Source: an uncultured Gemmatimonadales bacterium
GTDB taxonomy: Bacteria; Gemmatimonadota; Gemmatimonadetes; Longimicrobiales; RSA9
NCBI GenBank assembly: GCA_963816355.1
Contig: CAWFKH010000006.1
Location: 474,035-538,034 of the forward strand
DNA: 64,000 nt
Direction of reading: 5' to 3'
The notes under the pieces: generated by a model
Databases searched by the model: none
Told to the model about the DNA's origin: nothing
Seen by the model: only the letters and a program-made list of their open reading frames with translations
Program-made: the position numbers and the translations under genes
Shown: positions 32,381 to 41,951 of the stretch, one piece after another
How positions within the stretch are numbered: the stretch's first letter is position 1
Layout of the letters: the number at the start of each line of letters is the position of its first letter

Positions 32381-33127
32381 GTGGCTCAGCGCCAGAGGAA
32401 AGGCACCGGCAGGACCGGGTCGGGGATGAAGCCGTTCTACCTCGTCCTCATCGCGGTCGCCGTGATCGGCGTGGCGATCATCGCCTACGCTGCGGCGCGC
32501 GCGAAGAACGGCATGGCGACCGAGCCGATCGACATGAGCGCGCTGAACGACCCGCAGCAGATCTACAACCAGGCGACGCCGATCGTGATCGGCAACGAAA
32601 ACGCGCCGGTGAAGCTGGTCGAGTTCGCCGACTACATGTGCCCCGGCTGCGGCTACTTCGCCACGCAGGTGCAGCCGGTCCTGGAGGAGCGCTTCGTCAA
32701 GTCCGGGCAGCTTCAGCTCACGCTCTACGATTTCCCGCTCGGCGGCGCGCACGTGCACTCCTTCCTCGCGGCGCGCGCCGCCCGCTGCGCCGGTGACCAG
32801 GGCAAGTTCGAGGATTATCACAACCTCCTCTTCGGACGCCAGACGCAGTGGTCGCCGCTCTCCCGCAACGACGTACCGGGCCGCTTCGTCGACTACGCCG
32901 GCGAACTGGGCCTCGACAAGGCGGCGTTCCAGGGCTGCCTCGAGAGCGACAAGTACGCCGACGTCGTTTCCGCGAACCGGCGCCTCGGCGAGGAGCTGGG
33001 CGTGAACCAGACGCCCACCGTGATCATCAACGGCAGGCAGCCGCGCAATCCGAACGACATCGACGAGGTCACCCGCCTCATCGAGGAGAGCCTTGGCGGC
33101 CAGACCTCGGCCAAGCCGACCGGCTGA
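32381..33127 (+). CDS. Membrane-anchored DsbA-family oxidoreductase
   Basis: N-terminal TM, EFADYMCPGC, GVNQTP; GGAGG RBS. Confidence 0.88.
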   Translation: MAQRQRKGTGRTGSGMKPFYLVLIAVAVIGVAIIAYAAARAKNGMATEPIDMSALNDPQQIYNQATPIVIGNENAPVKLVEFADYMCPGCGYFATQVQPVLEERFVKSGQLQLTLYDFPLGGAHVHSFLAARAARCAGDQGKFEDYHNLLFGRQTQWSPLSRNDVPGRFVDYAGELGLDKAAFQGCLESDKYADVVSANRRLGEELGVNQTPTVIINGRQPRNPNDIDEVTRLIEESLGGQTSAKPTG

Positions 33128-33128
33128 G

Positions 33129-33611
33129 GTGAGGACGCCGGAGACGCGGCCGCCGCAGGCCTCGCCCGCCGCGCAGCCGCCCGCGAGCCGCATGGTCGTC
33201 GCGACGCTCGCGCTGGTCGGCCTCCTGATCTCGCTCTACCTCTACCTCTACAAGATCGGCGTCTTCGGCGCGCTGCTGTGCGGGAGCGGCTCCTGCGAGT
33301 ACGTGCAGAGTTCGCCGTACGCGGTCCTGCTCGGGGTGCCCGTGGCGGCGTGGGGGGCGCTCGGCTACGCGGCGCTCTTCGCGGTCTCGCTCGCCGGCCT
33401 GCAGCCTCGCTTCGCGGATGACCGTCGCGTCGCGCTCGCGCTGCTCGCGATCGCGTCGGGCGGGGTCCTCGTCACCGCCTATCTGACCGCCGTGGAGGCG
33501 TTCGTCCTCCACGCCTGGTGCCAGTGGTGTCTGGGGTCGGCGGCCATCATCACGCTGCTCTTCCTCTTCACCCTTGCCGAGATCCCGCGTCTGGGGAGTC
33601 ATCGTGGCTGA
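33129..33611 (+). CDS. Vitamin K epoxide reductase (VKOR) family protein
   Basis: Cx4C loop (CGSGSC), SPYA, four TM helices, WCQWC redox motif; start uncertain (33129 or 33192). Confidence 0.88.
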   Translation: MRTPETRPPQASPAAQPPASRMVVATLALVGLLISLYLYLYKIGVFGALLCGSGSCEYVQSSPYAVLLGVPVAAWGALGYAALFAVSLAGLQPRFADDRRVALALLAIASGGVLVTAYLTAVEAFVLHAWCQWCLGSAAIITLLFLFTLAEIPRLGSHRG

Positions 33612-33612
33612 C

Positions 33613-33831
33613 ATGAGCGAGAACCGCATCCGCGTCCCGGTCCGCCTCGTCTTCGCCGACCGCGGCTCCTTCCACGAGCTCGTCGTGCGGCTCCCCGCCG
33701 ATCTGCTCGCGGGCTACGAGCGGCTGATCGACGCGCTGCGGGAGGATCCGGGGATCACCGGCGAGGTCTTCGTCGATCCGCGTCGCCTGGTGGCGGCGTA
33801 CCGCGAGCCGGAGGCGCCGCCCGAGCCGTAG
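33613..33831 (+). CDS. Small hypothetical protein (72 aa)
   Basis: MSENRIRVPVRLVFADRGSFHELVVRLP...; globular composition, GC3-rich codons, directly follows VKOR. Confidence 0.65.
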   Translation: MSENRIRVPVRLVFADRGSFHELVVRLPADLLAGYERLIDALREDPGITGEVFVDPRRLVAAYREPEAPPEP

Positions 33832-33839
33832 TAGGACCC

Positions 33840-34559
33840 TCAGCGGTCTTCCTTCTTCTCCTGCAGCGCCTTGTCCAGCAGCGTCTTCCATTCCTCGAAG
33901 CTCTTCACCCCCACCACCATCTGCTTGTTGTTGATGACGAACGTCGGCGTCCCGTTCACCTGGGAGGCGGCGGCGGCGATGACGTCCTCGAGGATGAGTG
34001 GAGCGACGCTGTCGTCGGCGACGCAGGCGCGGAACGCGTCGAGGGGGACGCCGGCCTCGCGGGCGTAGCCGAGGAAGATCGGCGTGGGATCGCTCGAGCT
34101 CGCCCACGTGTCCTGGTTCGCGTACAACGCGTCGTGGAACGCCCAGAAGCGGTTCGCCACGCCGCCCGCGCACAGCGCCGCCTCCGCCGCCGCCCATCCG
34201 TAGCGGTGCATGGGCAGCGGCAGCGCGACGAACACCCACTTCACCTTGCCGGTGTCGACGTACGCGCTGTCGATGCGGGGCAGCACGTCCCGCGTGAAAC
34301 GGGCGCAGTAGGGACACTGGAAGTCGGCGATCTCGTAGACGAGGACCGGGGCGGAGGCGGCGCCGCGGGCGCGCGACGACTGTGCCCGCTCCCTGAGGCT
34401 GACGACCGGCGCGGCGGCGCCGCCGCCGCTCTGGGCGCGAGCCGCGGGCGGGCACGCGAGGAGGGCGAGGATGGCGAGGGCGCCGGCGACGCGCGGAAGC
34501 GGCGGGACGCGCGGAAACGGCGGGACGCGCGGAAACGTCGGGGGACGGCTGCGGCTCAT
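33840..34559 (-). CDS. Exported DsbA-family oxidoreductase
   Basis: Signal peptide, EIADFQCPYC, VNGTPTF. Confidence 0.85.
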   Translation of the reverse strand: MSRSRPPTFPRVPPFPRVPPLPRVAGALAILALLACPPAARAQSGGGAAAPVVSLRERAQSSRARGAASAPVLVYEIADFQCPYCARFTRDVLPRIDSAYVDTGKVKWVFVALPLPMHRYGWAAAEAALCAGGVANRFWAFHDALYANQDTWASSSDPTPIFLGYAREAGVPLDAFRACVADDSVAPLILEDVIAAAASQVNGTPTFVINNKQMVVGVKSFEEWKTLLDKALQEKKEDR

Positions 34560-34626
34560 GGGGTGCGGCTCCTCGTGGTCTTTTCGGGTGGCGTCCGCGC
34601 CCGGCGTCGGAGCGTGCGACGCGCTT

Positions 34627-35214
34627 CTATACATTCCCGGAGTCCGCGTGTTTCTCCCGGTCCGCGAGGGTCTGCCGGGCGCGCTCGAGGGTCCACGCCC
34701 GCACGACCGGCGGCGGCCACGTGCCGGCGCGCGCGGCGGCGAGGAGACGCGCGGCCTCGGCGCGCGCGCGCTCGGCAGCGTCGTCGTCGAGATCACCGGC
34801 GGCGAGCGCGGCCTGCAACTCGTCCTCATCGAGGAGCGCGACGTTGCCGTCGGCACCCGCCCAGACGTCGAGGAACAGGTCGGTCGTCTCCCACGTGCGG
34901 GCGTCGAGGAAGCGGACCGGCGTCAGCACGTTGGCGTAGCAGCCGGTGAAGGCACCATCGGCGGTGTGAAAGCGGCCGACGTCGTGCCACGCCCTGGGGA
35001 AGGTGAACCACACGATCGGCGACCCGGGCTCGAGGACCGTTCGTCCGCCGACCCGCATCGGGCGGACGTCGGCGTCCTCCATGAGCGTGATCCAGGCCCC
35101 GGCTTTCTGGACGACGAGGCGCTGCGTGAAGAGGTCGATCCGGTCCGGCGGCCGGCGGTAGTGGATGCGGACGTCGCCGGCCGCCTCGCCGGCGCCGCGG
35201 CCGGGAGCGGTCAA
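34627..35214 (-). CDS. DUF402 (FomD-like) domain protein
   Basis: WFTFPRAWHDVGRF...YANV...TTDLFLDVW...LLDEDEL; TTGA overlap with the fadJ stop. Confidence 0.75.
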   Translation of the reverse strand: MTAPGRGAGEAAGDVRIHYRRPPDRIDLFTQRLVVQKAGAWITLMEDADVRPMRVGGRTVLEPGSPIVWFTFPRAWHDVGRFHTADGAFTGCYANVLTPVRFLDARTWETTDLFLDVWAGADGNVALLDEDELQAALAAGDLDDDAAERARAEAARLLAAARAGTWPPPVVRAWTLERARQTLADREKHADSGNV

Positions 35215-37391
35215 CGCGCCGTGTCGTAGAAGCCGAGCCCGGCCAGCGCACGCTCGCGCAGGAGCGGCGCGGGCTCGAAGCGGGGGCCGACATCGCCCGC
35301 GAGCGCGTCGAGGCGCGCGACCACCTCGGCGAGGCCGAGCGAGTCGGCCCAGCGGAGGAGGCCGCCGCGGAACGGAGGGAAGCCGGTGCCGGTGATCATC
35401 CCGAGGTCGACGTCGCCGGGGCCGGCCACGATCCGCTCCTCCAGCACGCGGGCCGCCTCGTTGACCATGGCGAGGACGGTGCGGTCCCGGATCGCGCCCG
35501 GCGGAATCGGTCGGCGTGCGGCGGGCACGGTGGGCGCGAGCTCGGCGTAGACGGCGTCGTCGACACCCTTCTCCCGGCCCTCCTCGTAGGTGTAGAAGCC
35601 GCGGCCGTTCTTGCGGCCGAGGCGGTCGGTGCCGCCGAGCGCGGCGAGCGGCGGCGCCGGACGCATGCGCTCCCCGAACGCCTCGTGCAGCGTCTCGCCG
35701 GCGTGGCGCGAGATGTCGAGGCCGACCTCGTCGAGCAGTCGGAACGGGCCCATCGGCATGCCGAACTCGCGCAGCGTCCGGTCGACCTGGTCGATCCCGG
35801 CGCCGTCGGCGAGCAGCCAGCCCGCCTCGTTCAGGTACGGCGCGAGCAGCCGGTTCACGAGGAAACCGGGGCCGTCGTCCACCAGCAGCGGCGTCTTGCC
35901 CAGCCGCAACGCGAGCGCGAAGGCGGTCGCAAGCGCTTCGTCCGAGCTCCTCTCGCCGCGGATCACCTCCACCAGTGGCATCCGGTGCACCGGATTGAAG
36001 AAGTGCATGCCGCAGAAGCGCTCCGGCCGCGAAAGCGCGTCCTGGATGCTCGTGATCGGCAGCGAGGACGTGTTCGATGTCAGCACGCAGCCGGGCGGCG
36101 TCGCCTCCTCCGTCTCCCGCAGCACGGTCTTCTTCACGTCCAGCCGCTCGACCACCGCTTCGACGACGAGGTCGGCGGTCGCGAAGCCGGCGTAATCGAG
36201 GCCGGGCGAGATGAGGCTCATCGCCTGGCGCGCCCGGGTGCGGTCGAGCTTGCGGCGCTCGACGGCGCGGTCGAAGAGAGCGCGCGCATGCGCGAGGCCG
36301 GCGGAGAGCGCGTCGGCGCGGATGTCCTTCAGGCGGACCGGAACGCCCTCGTACGCGAGGAGCTGCGCGATCGCGCCGCCCATCACGCCGGCGCCGAGCA
36401 CGGCGACCCGCTCGACCGGCGCCGGCGGCGCGGACGGCGCCGCCTTCTTCGCGCCCTCCATGAGAAAGAAGACGTGGATCAGGTTCTTGCACACGTCGCC
36501 GACGACGAGACGGCCCACCGCTTCCGCCTCGACGCCGAGCGCCTCCTCGATCGGCAACGCCAGGGTGCGGTCGATCGTATCGAGCGCGGCGAGCGGCGCC
36601 GGGTAGTGGCCGCCGGTCTCCTTCATCACGCGCTTCCGCGCCGCCCACAGGATCGCCTTGCGGCCGACCGCCGAGTTCTCGACGCGCCGGGCGAGGCCGC
36701 CGTCCGGCTTCGCCGCTCTCTCGCCTCCGCCTCTCGCCTCCGCCAGCGCGAGGGCGATCTCGCCGGCCCGCGCGTCGAGGATCGACGGCGGCACCCGCTC
36801 GTCGACGAGGCCGATCCGCTCCGCCCGGCGCGCGGAGACGGCGCGGCCGGTGACGATCAGCTCCGCGGCGGCCCGCACGCCCACCAGGCGGGGCAAGCGC
36901 GTCGTGCCGCCGAAGCCGGGGATGATGCCGAGGCGCACCTCCGGCAAGGCGATACGGGTCGCGTCGTCGTCGGCCGCGATACGGCGGTCGCAGGCGAGGG
37001 CGAGCTCGGTGCCGCCGCCGAGGCACGTCCCGCCGATGGCGGCGATGGTGGGGAGCGGCAGCGCGGCGAGGCGGGCGAAGATGCGCTGACCTTCACGCGC
37101 GCCCGCCGCGCCCCGGGCCGGATCGGTGATGCCGGCGATCTCGCGGATGTCCGCGCCGGCGATGAAGCTGCCTGACTTGCCGCTGCGGACGACGAGCGCG
37201 TGCACGGCGCCGTCGCGGGCGCGCTCCTCGATCTCGGCGAGCCGCGCGTCGAGCGTCGCCATGAGCGACGTCGAGAGAATGTTGTGGCGAGCGGCGGGGT
37301 CGTCGAACGTGAGACAGGCGACGCCGTCGCCGTCCACCTCCAGCGTCAGCGCCGCCTGCCTGGATTCGTCGCCTGCTCTGTCGTCTGCCAC
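35211..37391 (-). CDS. fadJ: Fatty-acid oxidation complex alpha subunit (enoyl-CoA hydratase / 3-hydroxyacyl-CoA dehydrogenase)
   Basis: FIAGADI, GGGTELAL, LPEVRLG, GAGVMG, SNTSSL, GMHFFNP, GFPPFRGG. Confidence 0.88.
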   Translation of the reverse strand: MADDRAGDESRQAALTLEVDGDGVACLTFDDPAARHNILSTSLMATLDARLAEIEERARDGAVHALVVRSGKSGSFIAGADIREIAGITDPARGAAGAREGQRIFARLAALPLPTIAAIGGTCLGGGTELALACDRRIAADDDATRIALPEVRLGIIPGFGGTTRLPRLVGVRAAAELIVTGRAVSARRAERIGLVDERVPPSILDARAGEIALALAEARGGGERAAKPDGGLARRVENSAVGRKAILWAARKRVMKETGGHYPAPLAALDTIDRTLALPIEEALGVEAEAVGRLVVGDVCKNLIHVFFLMEGAKKAAPSAPPAPVERVAVLGAGVMGGAIAQLLAYEGVPVRLKDIRADALSAGLAHARALFDRAVERRKLDRTRARQAMSLISPGLDYAGFATADLVVEAVVERLDVKKTVLRETEEATPPGCVLTSNTSSLPITSIQDALSRPERFCGMHFFNPVHRMPLVEVIRGERSSDEALATAFALALRLGKTPLLVDDGPGFLVNRLLAPYLNEAGWLLADGAGIDQVDRTLREFGMPMGPFRLLDEVGLDISRHAGETLHEAFGERMRPAPPLAALGGTDRLGRKNGRGFYTYEEGREKGVDDAVYAELAPTVPAARRPIPPGAIRDRTVLAMVNEAARVLEERIVAGPGDVDLGMITGTGFPPFRGGLLRWADSLGLAEVVARLDALAGDVGPRFEPAPLLRERALAGLGFYDTAR

Positions 37392-37461
37392 GAGCGGCCT
37401 GCTCCCTTCGCGGGCGTCGGTTCCGGGCCGTGGCCCGGGACCCGCCCGGACCGCCGCCCCC

Positions 37462-38241
37462 TCAGAGCTTCGGGCGCACCTTCGCGTTCTCCCGGTTCAG
37501 CAGCACCGTGATGGGGTCGCCGCCCTTCACTTCGACGGGGACGTTCCAGTACAGCTCGTTGTACGGCAGCTCGTAGCGGGCGTAGACCCACCACTGCCCC
37601 TTCTTCGGGTGGAGACGGGCGGTCCCCTGCGCGTCGGTGGTGTCTGCGAGCAGGTCACGGCCCATTTCGTCCGCCCGCGCGGCCATGACGGAGTCGACGG
37701 CGGCGAACGCCTCGTCCGCCCACGCTTCGCGCTTCGCCTTGATCTCCTGCGACTGCGCCGTGAAGCGGCTCTGCAGGTCGGTGAACTCGCGGAACGCCTG
37801 GTCCATCGCCCGGCGCGCCGTCTTCTCGCGCTGGTCCAGGTTGTCGAAGTCGTTGAACAGGACGCGGTACTCGGCCGACGCCCGGTTCATCGCCTGCATC
37901 TTCTTCGAGATCGTCTGCAGGCTGTCGCGCGCGTCCTGCCACGCCTGCTCGGCGTCCTGCGACGCCTGCTGCGCCTGTGCGATCTCGCCCTGCAGCTTCA
38001 CGAGCGAGTCCGGGATCTGCGGCTCCGGCTGCGAGTAGGCCTTCGCGAGAGAATCGAACACCTGATCGCGGTCGAACGGGACGAGCATCACCGGCAGGTC
38101 GCTGAGCGAGACGGTGTCGGAGGCGCCGCCGCTCGGATTCTGGTTCACCAACCTTGCCACGACGTGGACCGGGGGTGCACCGCAGGCGCCCAGCGAGGCC
38201 GCCGCCGACCCGATGGCAACGAGCAGCACCAGTCGTCTCAT
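37462..38241 (-). CDS. Hypothetical lipoprotein with a central coiled coil
   Basis: Lipobox LGAC, Gln/Ala-rich heptads, beta-rich C-terminus; GGAG RBS. Confidence 0.75.
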   Translation of the reverse strand: MRRLVLLVAIGSAAASLGACGAPPVHVVARLVNQNPSGGASDTVSLSDLPVMLVPFDRDQVFDSLAKAYSQPEPQIPDSLVKLQGEIAQAQQASQDAEQAWQDARDSLQTISKKMQAMNRASAEYRVLFNDFDNLDQREKTARRAMDQAFREFTDLQSRFTAQSQEIKAKREAWADEAFAAVDSVMAARADEMGRDLLADTTDAQGTARLHPKKGQWWVYARYELPYNELYWNVPVEVKGGDPITVLLNRENAKVRPKL

Positions 38242-38284
38242 GAAATCGCTCCAGGCGAAGAAGGTGTGATGGGTGAGGCCGGCA

Positions 38285-38313
38285 AAGGTACGACCCCCTC
38301 GTGGGCTTTTCAA
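38285..38313 (-). promoter_or_regulatory. Sigma70-type promoter
   Basis: TTGAAA-17 nt-TACCTT upstream of the 38241 start. Confidence 0.55.
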
Positions 38314-38356
38314 GCAATCACGGGGCGGCCCGCGCCGGTGCGGCGCCCCGACGCGC

Positions 38357-39292
38357 TCAATCCGGGATGACTTCCCCGAGCAGGATGAAGTGCCGTGGAT
38401 CCTGCGGCTTGCCATCGACGAGGACTTCGTAATGGACGTGCGGCCCGATCGCGAGCCCGCTCTCGCCGACCTCGGCGATCTTCTGCCCGCGCGTCACCCG
38501 CTGGCCCACGCGTACGACGGCGCGCGAGGCGTGCGCGTAGCGCGTGGCGAGGCCGTGGCCGTGGTCGATCTCCACCATCAGGCCGTAGCCGCCGTTGCGG
38601 CCCACGAACGACACCACGCCGTCGCCGGTCGCGTGGATCGGCGTGCCGACCGGCGCCGTCACGTCGATCCCTTCGTGCGGGCGGGTGATGTTCAGGATCG
38701 GATGGAAGCGGGCGGTCGTGAAGCCGCTCGTGATGAAGCCGCGCGCCGGCATGATCGACGGCGTCGACGCGAAGCGGGCCTGCTTCAGCCGCAGCGTCCG
38801 CTGCGCCTCCGCCCAGCTCGAGGAGAGCAGGGCGGCCCGCCGGACCAGCGTCTCGATGTCGTCGTGGGCGCGAAAGGTGACGCGGCCGATCTCCGGATCG
38901 AGGCGGAAGAGCGCGTCGTCGGCAAGCGTGGTGCCACCCGGCCCACCGATGCCCGCCTGCAGAACGTCGCTCGAAAGCGGCTGCAGCCCCGCCACCAGCC
39001 GGAACGCCCGGTCCTGCTTCTCGAGCGCGACCAGCTCGGCGTCGAGCGCTTTGGTGCGCGAGCGGATGCGCGTCACCTGTTCGCGCAGCAGCCGGTTCTC
39101 ACGCGTCATACGACGCAGCCGGAAATCGCCGCGGCCGCGTCCGAGGATGCCGGCGCCCAGCGATGCGAGCAGCGCCACGCCCAGCAGCGCAACGCCGATC
39201 ACCGAGCGCACGAGCTCGCGCGAGAAGCGGAACTGCCGGATGCGCGCTTCGTCGTCCGAAACGACGACTACCGTCCAGTGCCGTCGAGCCAT
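38357..39292 (-). CDS. M23-family metallopeptidase
   Basis: N-terminal TM, coiled coil, HEGID, YAH, GPHVHYEV. Confidence 0.9.
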   Translation of the reverse strand: MARRHWTVVVVSDDEARIRQFRFSRELVRSVIGVALLGVALLASLGAGILGRGRGDFRLRRMTRENRLLREQVTRIRSRTKALDAELVALEKQDRAFRLVAGLQPLSSDVLQAGIGGPGGTTLADDALFRLDPEIGRVTFRAHDDIETLVRRAALLSSSWAEAQRTLRLKQARFASTPSIMPARGFITSGFTTARFHPILNITRPHEGIDVTAPVGTPIHATGDGVVSFVGRNGGYGLMVEIDHGHGLATRYAHASRAVVRVGQRVTRGQKIAEVGESGLAIGPHVHYEVLVDGKPQDPRHFILLGEVIPD

Positions 39293-39355
39293 ATAGCGGC
39301 CTTGCCGGGAATCGTTTGTCGAGCCGAGAGGAGCGCCTGCTCCGGGACAGGCGGC

Positions 39356-39384
39356 ATTGTAGACGGCGGCGCGGGCAACGTCAA
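39356..39384 (-). promoter_or_regulatory. Sigma70-type promoter
   Basis: TTGACG-17 nt-TACAAT upstream of the M23 gene. Confidence 0.65.
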
Positions 39385-39412
39385 CCGCGGCACGGCGCCC
39401 TCCGCGGAACCC

Positions 39413-40999
39413 TCACTCTTCTTTCGGAAACAGCACCTCGCCCCGATGCACCCGCCGCCCCGCCAGGTCGAGCGTCGCCACTTCCTGCAGCGACGGCACC
39501 GCGTCCAGACCGAGGCGCGTCGCCAGAGACGCCATCTTCGCCGGCATGAACGGCTCAAGGAGCGAGGCGACCGCGGCCACCGCGCGCGCGAGCGCCGCCA
39601 GCGTCGCGTCGAGCTCGGCCGCCCGCGCGGGGTCCCGCGCCGCCTGCCACGGAGCCCGCTCCTCGACGAAGCCATTCGCGGCCCGCGCCAGCTCGATCGC
39701 CGCCGCGGCCCCGTTCTGTAGCAGCAGCGCGTCCATCGCGGAGCGGTAGTGCACGAGTGCGTCCGCGATCCGCGTGTCGAGGTCGGTCGCCTCGCCCGCG
39801 GGCACGACGCCCTCGCGGTAGCGCTCGATCATCGAGATCGTGCGGTTGGCCAGGTTGCCGAGGTTGTCGGCGAGGTCGGCGGTGTAGCGCTCGTCGAAGC
39901 GGGACCACGCGAAGTCGCCGTCGCCGTTCCACGGCACGTCCCGCATCAGGTAGTAGCGCAGCGCGTCCGGACCGTGCCGCTCGACCGCCTCGTCGAGGTC
40001 GATCCAGATCCCTTCCGATTTCGACAGCTTCTTCCCCTCGAACGTCAGGAAGCCGTGCGCCCACACCGTGCGCGGCAGCTCGATCTCCGCGCTCATCAGG
40101 AACGCCGGCCAGTAGATGCAGTGGAAGCGCGTGATGTCCTTGCCGATGACGTGCAGGTCCGCCGGCCACGCCTCGCGGTAGCGCTCGTCCGGAAAGCCGA
40201 TCGCCGACAGATAGTTGGTCAGCGCGTCGAGCCATACGTAGACCGTGTGCTCCGGGTCGCCCGGCCACGTGACGCCCCACGGCAGCCGCGCGCGCGACAC
40301 CGAGATGTCCTCCAGCCCGCCTTCCACCACCCTGCGCACCTCGTTGCGGCGGATCTCCGGCTGCACGAACTCCGGCCGCTCGTCCAGCAGGTGCAGCAGC
40401 CGGTCCTGGTAGCGCGAGAGGCGGAAGAACCAGTTGCGCTCCTCCATCCAGACGATCTGCCGCGTCGGGTGGATCGGGCACCGCAGGCGCGCCGCCCGCC
40501 GCGCGTCGGCGTCCACGTCGCCGCCCGCGCCCGCGTTGCCGGAGCCGCCCGCCCCTGCGTCGGCGCCGCCGACCTCCTCCAGCTCCTCCTCGCGTTTGTA
40601 CGCCTCGCAGCCCACGCAGTAGTAGCCGGCGTAGGTGCCCTCGTAGAGGTCGTCGGCGGCCCGGATGCGGTCGACCATCTCGGCGACGGCGCGGTGATGG
40701 CGCGGCTCGGTGGTGCGCAGGAAGTCGTCGTAGGCGACGTCGAGGCGCTTCCACGCGCGCGTGAACCGCGCGGCGATGTCGTCGACCCACGCCTGCGGCG
40801 TGACACCCGCGGCGTCGGCGCTCTGCAGCACCTTGAGCCCGTGTTCGTCCATGCCGATGACGAAACGGACGCGCTCGCCCTTGAGCCGGCGATAGCGTGC
40901 GATCGTGTCGGCGCCGATCTTCTCGAGCGCGTGGCCCATGTGCGGCGGGCCGTTGGCGTAGTCGATCGCCGTCGTGATGTAGAAGAGGTCCTGTCCCAA
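39413..40999 (-). CDS. metG: Methionine--tRNA ligase (short form, no C-terminal tRNA-binding domain)
   Basis: YITTAIDYANGPPHMGH, single knuckle CVGC...CPIH, IGKDITRFH, KLSKS. Confidence 0.93.
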   Translation of the reverse strand: MGQDLFYITTAIDYANGPPHMGHALEKIGADTIARYRRLKGERVRFVIGMDEHGLKVLQSADAAGVTPQAWVDDIAARFTRAWKRLDVAYDDFLRTTEPRHHRAVAEMVDRIRAADDLYEGTYAGYYCVGCEAYKREEELEEVGGADAGAGGSGNAGAGGDVDADARRAARLRCPIHPTRQIVWMEERNWFFRLSRYQDRLLHLLDERPEFVQPEIRRNEVRRVVEGGLEDISVSRARLPWGVTWPGDPEHTVYVWLDALTNYLSAIGFPDERYREAWPADLHVIGKDITRFHCIYWPAFLMSAEIELPRTVWAHGFLTFEGKKLSKSEGIWIDLDEAVERHGPDALRYYLMRDVPWNGDGDFAWSRFDERYTADLADNLGNLANRTISMIERYREGVVPAGEATDLDTRIADALVHYRSAMDALLLQNGAAAAIELARAANGFVEERAPWQAARDPARAAELDATLAALARAVAAVASLLEPFMPAKMASLATRLGLDAVPSLQEVATLDLAGRRVHRGEVLFPKEE

Positions 41000-41002
41000 G
41001 CG

Positions 41003-41863
41003 TCAGCTCCCTCTGGCGGGAGTGGCGCCCGGGCCGCCGCCGGCGACCTCCGAGCGGAGCGCCTCCAGCTCGATCGTGCGCCGGTTGCCCTCTTCGTCCT
41101 TGAGGTGGACGAGGTCGCGCCAGATGTCGACCCCCACCACGCGCTCGCGGCCGTTCGCCGTCTGCAGCGTCTTCCCCTCGCGCGGGAAGCGCTTGCGCGC
41201 CTGCAGGTAGGCGTCGTGCTCGTAGGTGAGGCAGCACATGAGACGTCCGCAGCAGCCGGAGATCTGGGCCGGGTTCAACGACAGCCGCTGGTCTTTGGCG
41301 AGCTGCAGGCTGACCGGCTTCAGCTCCCGCAGCCAGGTGGAGCAGCACAGCTCGCGGCCGCAGCGGCCGACGCCGCCGAGCAGCGCCGCCTCGTCGCGCA
41401 CGCCGATCTGGCGCAACTCGATGCGCGTGCGGAACGTCCGGGCCAGCTCGCGCACCAGCTCACGGAAGTCGACGCGCCGCTCCGCCGTGAAGTAGATCGT
41501 CAGCTTGCGACGGTCGAACTGCCACTCCGCCTCGGTGACCTTCATCTTCAGCCCGAGCTGCTGCACCTTCTCCCGCGTCAGCCGCCGCACCCGCGGCTCG
41601 TCGGCCCGCAGCGCCGCCACGTGGTGCACCTCCTCCTCCGACGCCTCGCGGAGCACCCGCTTCTCCGGCACCGGCGCCGCGCACCCGGTCGAGCAGCCGC
41701 TGCACTTCCGTTCCGCGACGGCGCCCGCCGCCGTCACTCGCCCGAGGTCCTCGCCCCGGTCCGCCTCCACCACCACGTAGTTCGTGAGGGGCAGCCGGTC
41801 TCCGGCGTGCGTGTAGTAGTCGCGCCGGTTCCCCTTGAAGCTGACCTCTATGATCTGGGCCAT
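41003..41863 (-). CDS. ricT: PSP1-domain RicT/YaaT family protein
   Basis: RVDFRELVR, IELRQIGVRDEA, GRCGRELCC, ISGCCGRLMCCLTYE. Confidence 0.88.
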   Translation of the reverse strand: MAQIIEVSFKGNRRDYYTHAGDRLPLTNYVVVEADRGEDLGRVTAAGAVAERKCSGCSTGCAAPVPEKRVLREASEEEVHHVAALRADEPRVRRLTREKVQQLGLKMKVTEAEWQFDRRKLTIYFTAERRVDFRELVRELARTFRTRIELRQIGVRDEAALLGGVGRCGRELCCSTWLRELKPVSLQLAKDQRLSLNPAQISGCCGRLMCCLTYEHDAYLQARKRFPREGKTLQTANGRERVVGVDIWRDLVHLKDEEGNRRTIELEALRSEVAGGGPGATPARGS

Positions 41864-41951
41864 CGGCCCTCCCCATCCGGTTCCGCATGCGTCCGCGGCC
41901 GGCGCCCGCCCACTCGGGGTCGCCGCGCCCTTCCCCCCGGCCGGCGCCCGC

